Source of the DNA: Terriglobia bacterium
GTDB lineage: Bacteria > Acidobacteriota > Terriglobia > Terriglobales > Acidobacteriaceae
Length of the DNA stretch: 64,000 nt
Assembly: GCA_963812835.1 (NCBI GenBank)
Contig: CAWEWN010000001.1
Coordinates: 264,354-328,353, forward strand
Reading direction: 5' to 3'
Below the pieces are notes generated by a model, which saw only the letters and a list, made by a program, of their open reading frames with translations, was not told the origin of the DNA and did not search any database. Position numbers and translations under genes: made by a program. Below, piece by piece: positions 39,892-48,919 of the stretch (the stretch's first letter is position 1; the number at the start of each line of letters is the position of its first letter).

Positions 39892-41025
39892 ATGATAATG
39901 GTCAGGACTATCAGCTTTCTTCTATGCTTTTCAGCGTTCGCCCTCGGACAGCAGAACAGTCCTCTGGATGGCCTGGCCAACCTAAGCGACGCGGTTTCAA
40001 AGCGAGCTTCGAGCGCCGATCGCTCCGGCGGCAATGCATGACTGGGTCGCAGTCAAGGCCGGTTCGACCGCCACCCTCGCGGACATCAAAGGCGCGGGCT
40101 CCATCCGGCATATCTGGTTCACCATCAACTCGCCCAGTCCGTTTCATCTGCGCGAACTGGTGCTGCGCATGTACTGGGACGGCGAAACTGATCCCAGCGT
40201 CGAGGTGCCGATCGGCGACTTCTTTGGCACCGGCTTCGAGTATGAAGATGTTCCCGGCGGACATCGCGGACAGAAATATCAATCGTGGGTCTCCTTGCCG
40301 ATCACGGTGCAGGATCGCGCCATGAACTGCTACTTCGCAATGCCATTTGGCAACGGAGCGCGGATCACGCTGAGCAATGACGGAACGCAGGATGTGCCCA
40401 ACCTTTATTTCCACATCGACTACCAGGAGTACGCCAATACGCAGAGAGTCGCTGCCGACAGGGCCGCTTTCACGCGCAGTGGAGGCACGAACAGACCCGC
40501 GCCGTTCCCGAGTCAGAAACCGGCGGCAAGAACGTGGATGGCAAGAACAACTACGTGTTCATGGAAGCGAAGGGCAAGGGTCAGTATGTAGGAACGATCC
40601 TGAACGTCTTCGGGCTCTCGACCGGATGGTGGGGCGAAGGCGACGACATGTTTTTCATTGATGGCGACACCGCTCGTGCCACCATCAACGGAACCGGCAT
40701 GGAAGACTATTTCAACAACGCGTGGATGTTCCAGAAAGAATTCAACTATCCGTTCATCGGTTATTCGCAGCAGGGCAATCGGGACTGGACCGGCAGCCAC
40801 ACCATGTACCGCTTCCATATCGAAGACCCGATCTATTTTCAGAAGTCTCTTCGCGCCACTATCGAACACGGACACGCCAACGACCGCGAAGACGACTACA
40901 CCAGCGTAGCCTTCTGGTACCAGACCGAGCCCCACCAGAAGCTGTCCCCGCTGCCCCCGGTCAAAGAACGCCTGCCCAACGCCTTCTGGAAGATTCAAAA
41001 GCTGGAAAAGAACCTGCCAAACTGA
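39892..41025 (+). pseudogene. DUF2961 / GH172-family protein with signal peptide, three single-base insertions
   Basis: AGGAGG ribosome-binding site then MIMVRTISFLLCFSAFALG. DRSGGN / HDWVAVKAGSTATLADIKGAGSIRHIWFT / ESLPTG / RFHAQWRHE occupy successive frames (shifts near 40035, 40445 and 40464). Confidence 0.8.
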
Positions 41026-41039
41026 ACACTGAGAAAAAT

Positions 41040-41128
41040 CGGCCGCGGATTTTCACGAATTCACACGGATCAGAAAAAAGAATAAAAAGGGTTTAATCCG
41101 TGTGAATCTGTGAAAATCCGTGGCCGCG
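41040..41128 (+). terminator. long hairpin (about 30-bp arms) followed by CTGTTTTG; probable terminator of the GH172 gene
   Basis: cggccgcggattttcacgaattcacacggat pairs with atccgtgtgaatctgtgaaaatccgtggccgcg. Confidence 0.55.
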
Positions 41129-41138
41129 CTGTTTTGCC

Positions 41139-41173
41139 GACGTCCGAGGTCCGACGCCCGAAGTCCGCTATAA
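41139..41173 (+). promoter_or_regulatory. candidate rnpB promoter: TATAAT at 41168-41173, embedded in TCCGNNG heptads
   Basis: The TATAAT ends 10 nt before the first base of the P1 stem of RNase P RNA. Confidence 0.5.
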
Positions 41174-41183
41174 TGAACCTGTT

Positions 41184-41592
41184 GGCAGCTGGACCGGACG
41201 GTCGCTCTCGCCGCGTCAAGTGGCGAGGGAGGAAAGTCCGAACTCCACAGAGCAGTGTGCCGGATAACGTCCGGGAGGCCGGGTTCAAACTCCGGTTTAC
41301 GGAAAGTGCCACAGAAAACATACCGCCCTGGCGGCAACGCCGGGGTAAGGGTGAAAAGGTGCGGTAAGAGCGCACCGCCGTCGCAGTAATGCGGCGGGCA
41401 GGGCAAACCCCACACGGAGCAAGACCAAATAGGGAGGGAGTCTCGGGTTCGCCTGAGGCGCGTGCCGGCTCGGTGCGCCACAACCTCCGGGTAGGTCGCT
41501 TGAGCCGCACAGTAATGTTCGGCCCAGAGGAATGACCGTCCTGCCGGAGCAATCCGGCGGACAGAATTCGGCTTACAGGTCCGGCTGCCACA
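41184..41592 (+). ncRNA. rnpB: RNase P RNA, bacterial type A
   Basis: GAGGAAAGTCCG, ACGGAAAGTGCCACAGAAAA, GGTAAGGGTGAAA, GGTGCGGTAAGAGCGCACC, GCAAACCCCAC, CAAGACCAAATAGG and ACAGAATTCGGCTTA in canonical order. P1 pairs GGCAGCTGGACC with GGTCCGGCTGCC. Confidence 0.95.
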
Positions 41593-41710
41593 AATATTTT
41601 ATTTTCACCGATTTATTGACCCGGCCTGCTTGCTTGGTGCGCCTACACGTAGATCGCTCATATCGACTTGCCGCTTGTCCGTTCGCCCCAGACTCAAATC
41701 TGAAAGTGAC

Positions 41711-44364
41711 CTAGTTCGGCAGTGGAATGCGATAGATATTCCGCCGCGTATCATGGCGCGTGTAGGAGTAATGATTGGGCCCCGTGGCCGAGTCAACTTG
41801 CTGCGGGATTACGATGAGTTGTTTGTCCCCCTTCAAGTCATCTCCTGTGGCGACGCCCCCTGGCGGGAGATTCGGAATTCCGCGAGCTGCGTTTACGGGC
41901 AGCATGTAGGAACTTGCGTTGCCCGAGGCCGGGAAATTGAGATAGAAGAACTTCCCGGTAGTGTCCCACCGACCCGTGGAATACGAGGTGCACAACGGGA
42001 AAGATGGGCCGCCTTCCAGGGAATAGGCGGTGAGAACATTTTGATGTTCGTCATCCGCTCCCTTGGTTGGTGCCACGATCCAGCGGCCGTCGGGAGAGAC
42101 TGAGTACTGGTCGAGAATCGGGTCGGGAATGATCCTCCGGCGTTCGGTGCCGTCTTGTTTGCTGCGATATACAAAACGTTGCCCATTTTCTATGGAGCGG
42201 AACGCCAGGTCGCCGCTCGGCAGAAATGGTCGGACAATCCTGGCTTGAAGTAGACATTACCTCGCTCGGCGATGAGCGATGATCCGTGGGAGAAAGCCAC
42301 AAATGAGAGATCCCGCGCCGATCCCTCATCGAGAACGCAACCTGCTTCCCATCATGCGAGACGCTGTAACATGCGATGGTAGACCCAGGCTGGATTGCGG
42401 AGCCCGATACTACCCGCTCAGTTTTGCCGGTTTCCAATTCTCTGGACCAAAGATCGGCCCCGTTTTCTCCACTCTGCATCAGGTAATAGAGCTTGCGTCC
42501 GTCCCATGAGAACGTAGTCCCAAACGCGTCTCCTTCGGACGAAAGCTGGCGGTCTCCGCTGCCATCGTGGATCCAGATGGTGTTGTCCGTAACACCCACC
42601 GAGGTGAGCAATGACTTGCCATCGGAGCTCATCGCGATGCCTTCTTCCTCCGTGGTCCCAGAAGTCACTTGCTCCGGAGGACCCTCTGGAAACCTCTGCC
42701 GCCAGATGTGGAAGTGCCCACCCTCGTTTGAGCTGACGTAGATCCATTTACCGTCGGGCGACCAGGCACCGGCAACGCAAGACGCCTTCGGGAGGCCCGA
42801 CGACCCGAGCGTCTCCGCTCCCGTTGAACGGAACCACCTGGCACGGCGTCAATTCTCCCTGATTGTTCATGGTGACAAGCAGCACCCAGCGGCCATCAGG
42901 AGAAAGGTAGGAGTGGTGGACCATGCTCCGATCGCCAGGAGGAACATAGACGTCACGGCTCTGTCCTCGAGCCTCGTCCGTGGTAACCAGCCCCATGTGC
43001 AGCCCCTGCTTGATCTCCGAGAAGAGGAGGTGCTTGCCGCCGTCGATCCAGCTCAGGGAAGAGGCATTTCTAAGAAAGATGTCAGGCTGTCCGCCCAGGA
43101 CCGGGACTACCCAGGTATCCCACGGGGTGACCGTTCCGTAGGCGATACGCGACCCGTCGGGAGAGAACACGGGACCGAGTTTCGCCACCGAGTCATGGGT
43201 GAGTTGAACCGCATCACCGGAAGGAAGCAGCCTGACGTAAAGATCTCCTGCACCAAAAAAAGAGTTCCCGCCTCGAATAAATGCCAGCATGCGCCCATCG
43301 GGAGAAAGGGCAGGGTACACCGCCGAATCGGTAAAAAATGTCAGCTGCTCCCACTTCATGGGGCCAGCCCGTTCCCCGTGCAGGAAATAGCGATAGAGTC
43401 CGATGGCGGCCAAGCCCAAGAGCACCATTGCGAGGCCGGCAACAACAATCAGCTGCAGAAAACTCCGTGGTCGCGGACCGGGCAGCGCGATGGTTCCTGA
43501 CTCGCTATCGCGCTTCAACCGCTGCAAGTCAGTCCTGAGTTCCGCAGCGGACTGGTAACGCAAGTTGCGGTCTTTTTCCAGCGCCTTGCTGACCACCTCG
43601 TTCAATCTCTGGGGCAGGATGGGGTTCCGCTGCAGCATTGGTGGAGGGGCCTCATCCAAAATGGCCTTGAAGACTACAGCTGAGGTCTTCCCTTGAAACG
43701 CAGGCTTTCCCGTCGCCATCTCGTAAAGCACGGCGCCAAAAGAAAAGATGTCCGTACGCTGATCTAGCCCCTCGCCGCGCGCCTGCTCGGGGGACATGTA
43801 AGCCATGGTGCCAACCGCCGTGCCGATCTTAGTCAAGAGACGTGACACCGTCTCGGACGCGACCGCAGCCTCCGGCTCCGCTGCATGCAGCAGCTTCGCC
43901 AATCCGAAGTCCAGCACTTTGCACTCGCCGTGCGCTGTCAGGAAGATGTTCCCAGGCTTCAGGTCGCGGTGGACGATTCCGCCACGGTGCGCCGCATCCA
44001 GTGCGTCACTGACTTCAATCGCGCATCGCAACAATTCGGGTAGCGGAAGAGGGCCGCGGTTCAGACGGTCAGCCAGTGTTTCCCCCTCTAGGTACTCCAG
44101 GACCAGGTAGTTGATTGTGTCCTGAATGCCTACGTCGTAGAGCTGGCAGATATGGGGATGGTTGAGCGACGCAATGGCACGCGCCTCGCGCTCGAAGCGT
44201 TGCCGCGCGTCTGCCTGGTCCGAGCGATGGAGGGGAAGGATTTTAATCGCGACGACTCGTTCCAACCGGGTGTCGCGAGCCCGATAAACTTCTCCCATCC
44301 CACCTGCGCCCAGCAGGACCCCAATTTCATACGGCCCCAGTCGAGTGCCTTTTACAAGCGGCAT
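41711..44364 (-). pseudogene. Ser/Thr protein kinase fused to a TolB-like (PD40) beta-propeller, at least three frame changes in the propeller half
   Basis: [17 protein letters not shown] and SPEQ kinase motifs, a TM segment, then repeated SPDG blades continuing through ORFs 42051..42668 and 41711..42076. Confidence 0.8.
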
Positions 44365-44716
44365 GGATCCGTAAATTATACTGCTCGGCGATAGTTAGAG
44401 TTGTCTCTCAAATGTCTCGCGAAGCGCGGCTGCGCACCGGACGGATCGAGCGCTTGATGTCGGGCAGCGCACTTCCCTCGACGGTGTAGGACGAACCTGG
44501 CTCTCTGAAACCGGCGCGGACTCTTAAGAGTTAATCCGTTCTGCAGGAACCGATTCTTCCGCCCAGGAATGGAGTACTATAGGCAACGAAAGTTTGGCTT
44601 TCCTAAATACAGTTGGCTTCTTCCTAAATATAGAAGCATCAAGGGCCCTCGAGCCGATCACTTCTTTCAGATCCTCACATCATTGGCTCGCGGCGCCTGC
44701 TTGCGAAGGGAGAGTC

Positions 44717-45165
44717 ATGCGCAACAGAATCGAATACAGCGGTTCGCGCCGTTCCTACCGGATTGCTTTCCTGATGGTATTCGTCGCACTCGCCGTCGGA
44801 GCACCGGCCAGGGCCCAGAAAAAGCCGGCCAGTCAGTCCCGGCCCAAAGTACGACCTCCAAACCGAGACCAAGATCAAAGGTACTGTGGACGAGGTCAAA
44901 CTGCCGCCAAAAGGCAGCGAGAAAGAAATTGCCCACCTGCAGGTGAAGGATGGCGCCAACTCCAGTCGACGCCTATTTGTGCCCAAAGACTTTCCTCGAC
45001 GACATGGGCATGAGCTTTGCCAAGGGAGACGAGATCACCATGACCGGTTCGAAGGTGAAACAAGGCGACGCCGATCTTTTCCTGGTGCGCGAAATAACGA
45101 AAGGAACCGATACCTTCGTATTGCGAGACCCAAAGGGAGAGCCCGTCTGGGACTGGCGTCACTGA
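44717..45165 (+). pseudogene. small secreted hypothetical protein, two single-base insertions
   Basis: AAGGGAGAG ribosome-binding site, signal peptide IAFLMVFVALAVGAPARA. Continues KYDLQTETKIKGTVDEV (frame of ORF 44886) and TPVDAYLCPKTF...WDWRH (ORF 44950..45165). Confidence 0.6.
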
Positions 45166-45175
45166 ACCTTGGCTC

Positions 45176-45302
45176 CTGTGGGGCGGACACTCCTGTCCGC
45201 CGCCTTTGACTTGAATTTGTTTGTTTGTCGGTTCACCCTCCAACTTACTTGCCAAATCACAAATCAAATTCAAAAGCGGCGGACAAGAGTGTCCGCTCCA
45301 CA
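45176..45302. repeat. inverted pair of about 44-nt REP units (GGCGGACA-CTCC-TGTCCGCC core)
   Basis: The arm at 45176-45219 is nearly the reverse complement of the arm at 45259-45302. Confidence 0.85.
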
Positions 45303-45350
45303 CTATATTGGGTCTGCAATACCAAACCGATAGAATCCGAGGACACAGAA

Positions 45351-45686
45351 TTGAGAAAAGATGTGACCACAAATTTCCTGCTGCTGGTCATCGCGATCGC
45401 CCTGATCGCAATCGCCACCAGGCCCTATCTAGCGCCCGATCCCGTGCACGCCCAATCCGACTCGCCTTACCCGTTCTACATCGAACCTGGTACCAAAATG
45501 CTGCGTGCTCCGGATGGCAGCCAACAAGTTTACGGAAGAGTCGTGGTGGACATGAGGACTGGAAAAGTGTGGGGGTTCCCCACCTTCACGACCGATACTT
45601 ATCCTGTGAACTTGGCAGACTCCAAGCCGCGAACTTCTCATCCTTTTGCGCTCGGTAAATTTGCCTTTGAAGAGACTGAAAAATAG
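45351..45686 (+). CDS. hypothetical membrane-anchored protein (TTG start)
   Basis: AGGA lies 7 nt upstream of the TTG. N-terminal helix FLLLVIAIALIAIA. The longer ORF from 45225 runs through the REP pair. Confidence 0.5.
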   Translation: MRKDVTTNFLLLVIAIALIAIATRPYLAPDPVHAQSDSPYPFYIEPGTKMLRAPDGSQQVYGRVVVDMRTGKVWGFPTFTTDTYPVNLADSKPRTSHPFALGKFAFEETEK

Positions 45687-45755
45687 TTCCGGGGTCGAGA
45701 GATTGGCCACAGGAAGGGCTTTGTCGTTTTCGATGGAGGTCTCAGCTGGAGTTAT

Positions 45756-45877
45756 GCTTTGCGGTTCTTTGCGGTTTTCCTTTGCGGCCTTTGCGGTTAA
45801 AAGATTTTCATCTTTAGCCAAAACAAAATCTTAAACCGCAAAGTTCGCAAAGGAAAACCGCAAAGGACGCAAAGAAC
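45756..45877. repeat. inverted CTTTGCGG-type repeat arrays
   Basis: gctttgcggttctttgcggttttcctttgcggcctttgcggtt versus aaccgcaaagttcgcaaaggaaaaccgcaaaggacgcaaag. Confidence 0.85.
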
Positions 45878-45943
45878 GAAGCCAGGACACTGCCGAGGAC
45901 ATTGATATAAACTAGTTATCGACCTACAAAATCAGGAGGTTCA

Positions 45944-46123
45944 ATGTCCGCACCCAGCCGCCGGCCCGAAATTCGCCGCCGCCGTACTCGCAGTGAAAAG
46001 ATTACCAAGCTGAAGAAACGCCTCAATGCTGCCTCGACTGATGCCGATCGCACCCGAATCACAGCCAAACTGCACCGCCTCGAGTTCAGTTCGCCTGGGC
46101 AGCCGTTGCTCAAGAAGGCCTAA
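45944..46123 (+). CDS. small basic hypothetical protein (59 aa, below the ORF-track cutoff)
   Basis: Perfect AGGAGG 5 nt upstream of the ATG. MSAPSRRPEIRRRRTRSEKITKLKKRLNAAST... Confidence 0.55.
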   Translation: MSAPSRRPEIRRRRTRSEKITKLKKRLNAASTDADRTRITAKLHRLEFSSPGQPLLKKA

Positions 46124-46131
46124 GGCTGCAC

Positions 46132-47325
46132 CTAAGAGTTCGCCGCATGCTGAGAGGCCCTTGTTTCGTCCGCAAACTGCGGCCGGACACGCGGCTTCTC
46201 CGACACTTCGTGGTAGACGCGGAGAATTTGCTGCGCGGCGGCGTCCCAGGAAAATCGGTTTGCCTGCTCGTAACCCCGCGCTTTGAGTTTGTCGCGTAGT
46301 GACTGGTCCACCAGCACGCGATGCAACGCGCGCATGATCTCAAAAACGTTCTCGGGATTCACCAGCACCGCGGCGTTGCCTACCACCTCGGGCAGCGACG
46401 ACGTGTTCGAAGTCACCACGGGCGTGCCATGAGCCATGGCTTCCAGCGGCGGCAGTCCAAAGCCCTCATACAACGAGGGGAAAACGAATATTTTTGCCGC
46501 ATCGTAAAAGATGCGCAGCACTTCGATGGGTACGAATCCCATGAAGCGCACATCTGTCTGCATCCGGCTGCGAATTACCGTGCGGCGCAGGTCGGGGTGC
46601 TTCGATAGCTCGTCGCCGATGATGATGAGCTTCAAGCCAGGAAACAACTCTTCCTTCTCCAGCTCCGCTTTCAGTGCGGAGAAAGCCTCGATAATCCGCA
46701 CAACGTTCTTGTGCGGGCTGATGCGGCCGGTGTAAAGCAGAAAGGGATGATTGACCAGGTAGCGCTCCGACAGGAGCTGACGGTCAGCGTCGCTGGCATG
46801 TCCGCGGAGAAAGCGCTCGTCAATCGCGTTGTAGACAACTTCTATGCGGTCAGCCGGAATCGCGAACAGTTTCTCTACTTCGCTTTTGGTGAAATTAGAG
46901 ACGGCGAAAATTCGCGCCGCTCCCTTCAGCGCCCGATGGGTCAGATAAAAATGCAGCGAACGCTTCAATCCTGATTGGTCACGGGCCCGGTACATGTGAT
47001 CGAGCACATCATGCACCGTCATCACATATCGGCAGGGCAGGTTGCGCGGCAGCCAAAACAGGTGCGGAATGTGCACCAGGTCGCAACTCAGGCGTTTGAG
47101 GATGGCGCGATAGTCAAAATAATTCTTGATCGTGGCGTCGCTGCCCAGCATGGGTACGGTGTGAAAGTTTGGCGGCAGAGTGCCGATCTCCGCCACTTTC
47201 TGCGGCGGCCCGATCAGGAAATACTTGCTCTCGCGATCCAGCCGGCCCAGGGCCCGGACGATATTGCGCGTGTACGTGCCGACGCCAAATTCAGTCATCC
47301 GCCGGATGTCGATGGCGACTCTCAC
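46132..47325 (-). CDS. glycosyltransferase family 4 (GT-B)
   Basis: FVFPSLYEGFGLPPLEAMAHGTPVV (E-x7-E region). Confidence 0.85.
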   Translation of the reverse strand: MRVAIDIRRMTEFGVGTYTRNIVRALGRLDRESKYFLIGPPQKVAEIGTLPPNFHTVPMLGSDATIKNYFDYRAILKRLSCDLVHIPHLFWLPRNLPCRYVMTVHDVLDHMYRARDQSGLKRSLHFYLTHRALKGAARIFAVSNFTKSEVEKLFAIPADRIEVVYNAIDERFLRGHASDADRQLLSERYLVNHPFLLYTGRISPHKNVVRIIEAFSALKAELEKEELFPGLKLIIIGDELSKHPDLRRTVIRSRMQTDVRFMGFVPIEVLRIFYDAAKIFVFPSLYEGFGLPPLEAMAHGTPVVTSNTSSLPEVVGNAAVLVNPENVFEIMRALHRVLVDQSLRDKLKARGYEQANRFSWDAAAQQILRVYHEVSEKPRVRPQFADETRASQHAANS

Positions 47326-47377
47326 GGGGAGATTTAATCACAGAGAGTGGCCCACCGCTAGGCGCAGGCGGTATTCA

Positions 47378-47473
47378 ATGGAAAACGGGCGTCCCGCCCG
47401 TCCAATGTTATTCGAAAGGTATAGCTTTAAAATCGGTACCATCGCCGGGACGGGTGGGACGCCCGTCCTCCAT
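47378..47473. repeat. inverted pair of family-B REP hairpins
   Basis: atggaaaacgggcgtcccgcccgt (47378-47401) and acgggtgggacgcccgtcctccat (47450-47473). Confidence 0.8.
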
Positions 47474-47476
47474 TTA

Positions 47477-48766
47477 TTAGGCCCTTACTTCCACCTGGGT
47501 TTTCGCCCTGCGCTCGGGATACAGCGGGAAGGCCTCAGCCAGACCCAAAACCTGCTTTCGGATCTTGCCAAGCACAACGGTGTCGGTCCGATGATGTAGA
47601 GCTTCGGAGATCCAGCGTCCCACCTGCCTCATCTCTTCTTCCTTCATGCCGCGCGTGGTCAGCGCCGGTGTGCCGATACGGACGCCGCTCGGCTTCATCG
47701 GCGGGTTTACATCGAACGGAATGGCGTTCTTGTTGACGGTGATGGCAGCTTCACCCAACGCTTTCTCCGCCTCGCTGCCCAATATCCCCTGCGAGAACAC
47801 ATCCACCAGCATGAGGTGCGTGTCGGTGCCTCCAGAAATAATGCGGAAGCCTTCGCCGGCAAGGGTTACGGCCAGCACTTTGGCATTGGCGACGATCTGC
47901 CGCGCGTAATCTTTAAACTCAGGCTGCATCGCCTCCAGGAAACTGACTGCCTTCGCCGCGATGATGTGAACCAGCGGCCCGCCCTGCATTCCGGGAAACA
48001 CAACCTTGTCGATGGCAGCCGCAAACTCCTGTTTGCTCAGGATCATTCCGGCCCGCGGCCCGCGCAAAGTCTTGTGCGTTGTGGTGGTCACAATGTGCGC
48101 ATGCGGCACTGGGGAAGGATGCACGCCGCCCGCCACCAGCCCTGCGAAATGCGCCATATCGACCAGATAGAGCGCGCCGACTTTGTCGGCAATCTGCCGC
48201 ATACGGACAAAATCGATGATCCGGGGATACGCGCTGCCTCCGCCGATGATCAGCTTTGGCCGCTCCTTCTCGGCCAGCTTTTCCAGATCATCGTAGTCGA
48301 TGGTTTCGCTTTCCTTGGTCACTCCATAAGGAACGATACGGTAAGTCTTGCCGGAAAAATTCAGATGATGGCCGTGTGTAAGATGGCCGCCATGCGCCAG
48401 ATTGAGTCCAAGAATGGTATCGCCAGGCTGCAACACCGCCGCAAATGCTTCCATATTGGCCTGGGACCCGGCGTGGGGCTGTACGTTCGCATGATCGGCC
48501 CCAAAGAGCTTCTTGGCCCGCTCCCGCGCCAAATCCTCGACCACGTCAGCAAACTCGCAGCCGCCGTAATAGCGTTTGCCAGGATAGCCTTCGGCATACT
48601 TATTGGTGAAGACCGAACCCATAGCCTCCAGCACAGCTTCGCTGACAAAGTTTTCGGAAGCGATGAGCTCCAGCCCTTCATGCTGGCGGCGGACTTCGTT
48701 ATCAATGGCTGCGGCAATCTGAGGATCGGCTTCGTGGAGCGGGAGTGACATGCGGTCAGTTTTCAT
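47477..48766 (-). CDS. glyA: serine hydroxymethyltransferase
   Basis: [21 protein letters not shown] (PLP lysine). Confidence 0.95.
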   Translation of the reverse strand: MKTDRMSLPLHEADPQIAAAIDNEVRRQHEGLELIASENFVSEAVLEAMGSVFTNKYAEGYPGKRYYGGCEFADVVEDLARERAKKLFGADHANVQPHAGSQANMEAFAAVLQPGDTILGLNLAHGGHLTHGHHLNFSGKTYRIVPYGVTKESETIDYDDLEKLAEKERPKLIIGGGSAYPRIIDFVRMRQIADKVGALYLVDMAHFAGLVAGGVHPSPVPHAHIVTTTTHKTLRGPRAGMILSKQEFAAAIDKVVFPGMQGGPLVHIIAAKAVSFLEAMQPEFKDYARQIVANAKVLAVTLAGEGFRIISGGTDTHLMLVDVFSQGILGSEAEKALGEAAITVNKNAIPFDVNPPMKPSGVRIGTPALTTRGMKEEEMRQVGRWISEALHHRTDTVVLGKIRKQVLGLAEAFPLYPERRAKTQVEVRA

Positions 48767-48804
48767 GGATGGACTCTTTTCAAGATACTCGAGCCATTCT
48801 AACG

Positions 48805-48919
48805 TAGCTCTTAGCCTTTAGCTCTTAGCTGTTAGCCAAAGAAAAAACGAACTCCATGTCGGGACGTGAAGACTCGGGATCCAAGCTAAAGGCTAATGGT
48901 TAGGAGCTAAAAGCTGCTA
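48805..48919. repeat. inverted 7-nt-period arrays, AGCTNTT class
   Basis: tagctcttagcctttagctcttagctgttagcc and ccaagctaaaggctaatggttaggagctaaaagctgcta. The right arm overlaps the hydrolase stop. Confidence 0.85.

Noticed and set aside
41593-41710. tRNA, tmRNA or other small RNA in the gaps flanking rnpB and in other long gaps (5752-5892, 32433-32599, 44365-44716)
   Set aside because: No T-loop (GGTTCGAATCC-like) or acceptor-stem pattern, or other recognisable RNA signature, was seen by eye. A covariance-model scan would be needed to exclude them.
44680-44706. Sigma-54 promoter (TTGGCTCGCGGCGCCTGCTTGC) upstream of the small secreted-protein gene
   Set aside because: The spacing between the GG and GC elements does not fit the -24/-12 consensus (11 nt between the conserved G positions).
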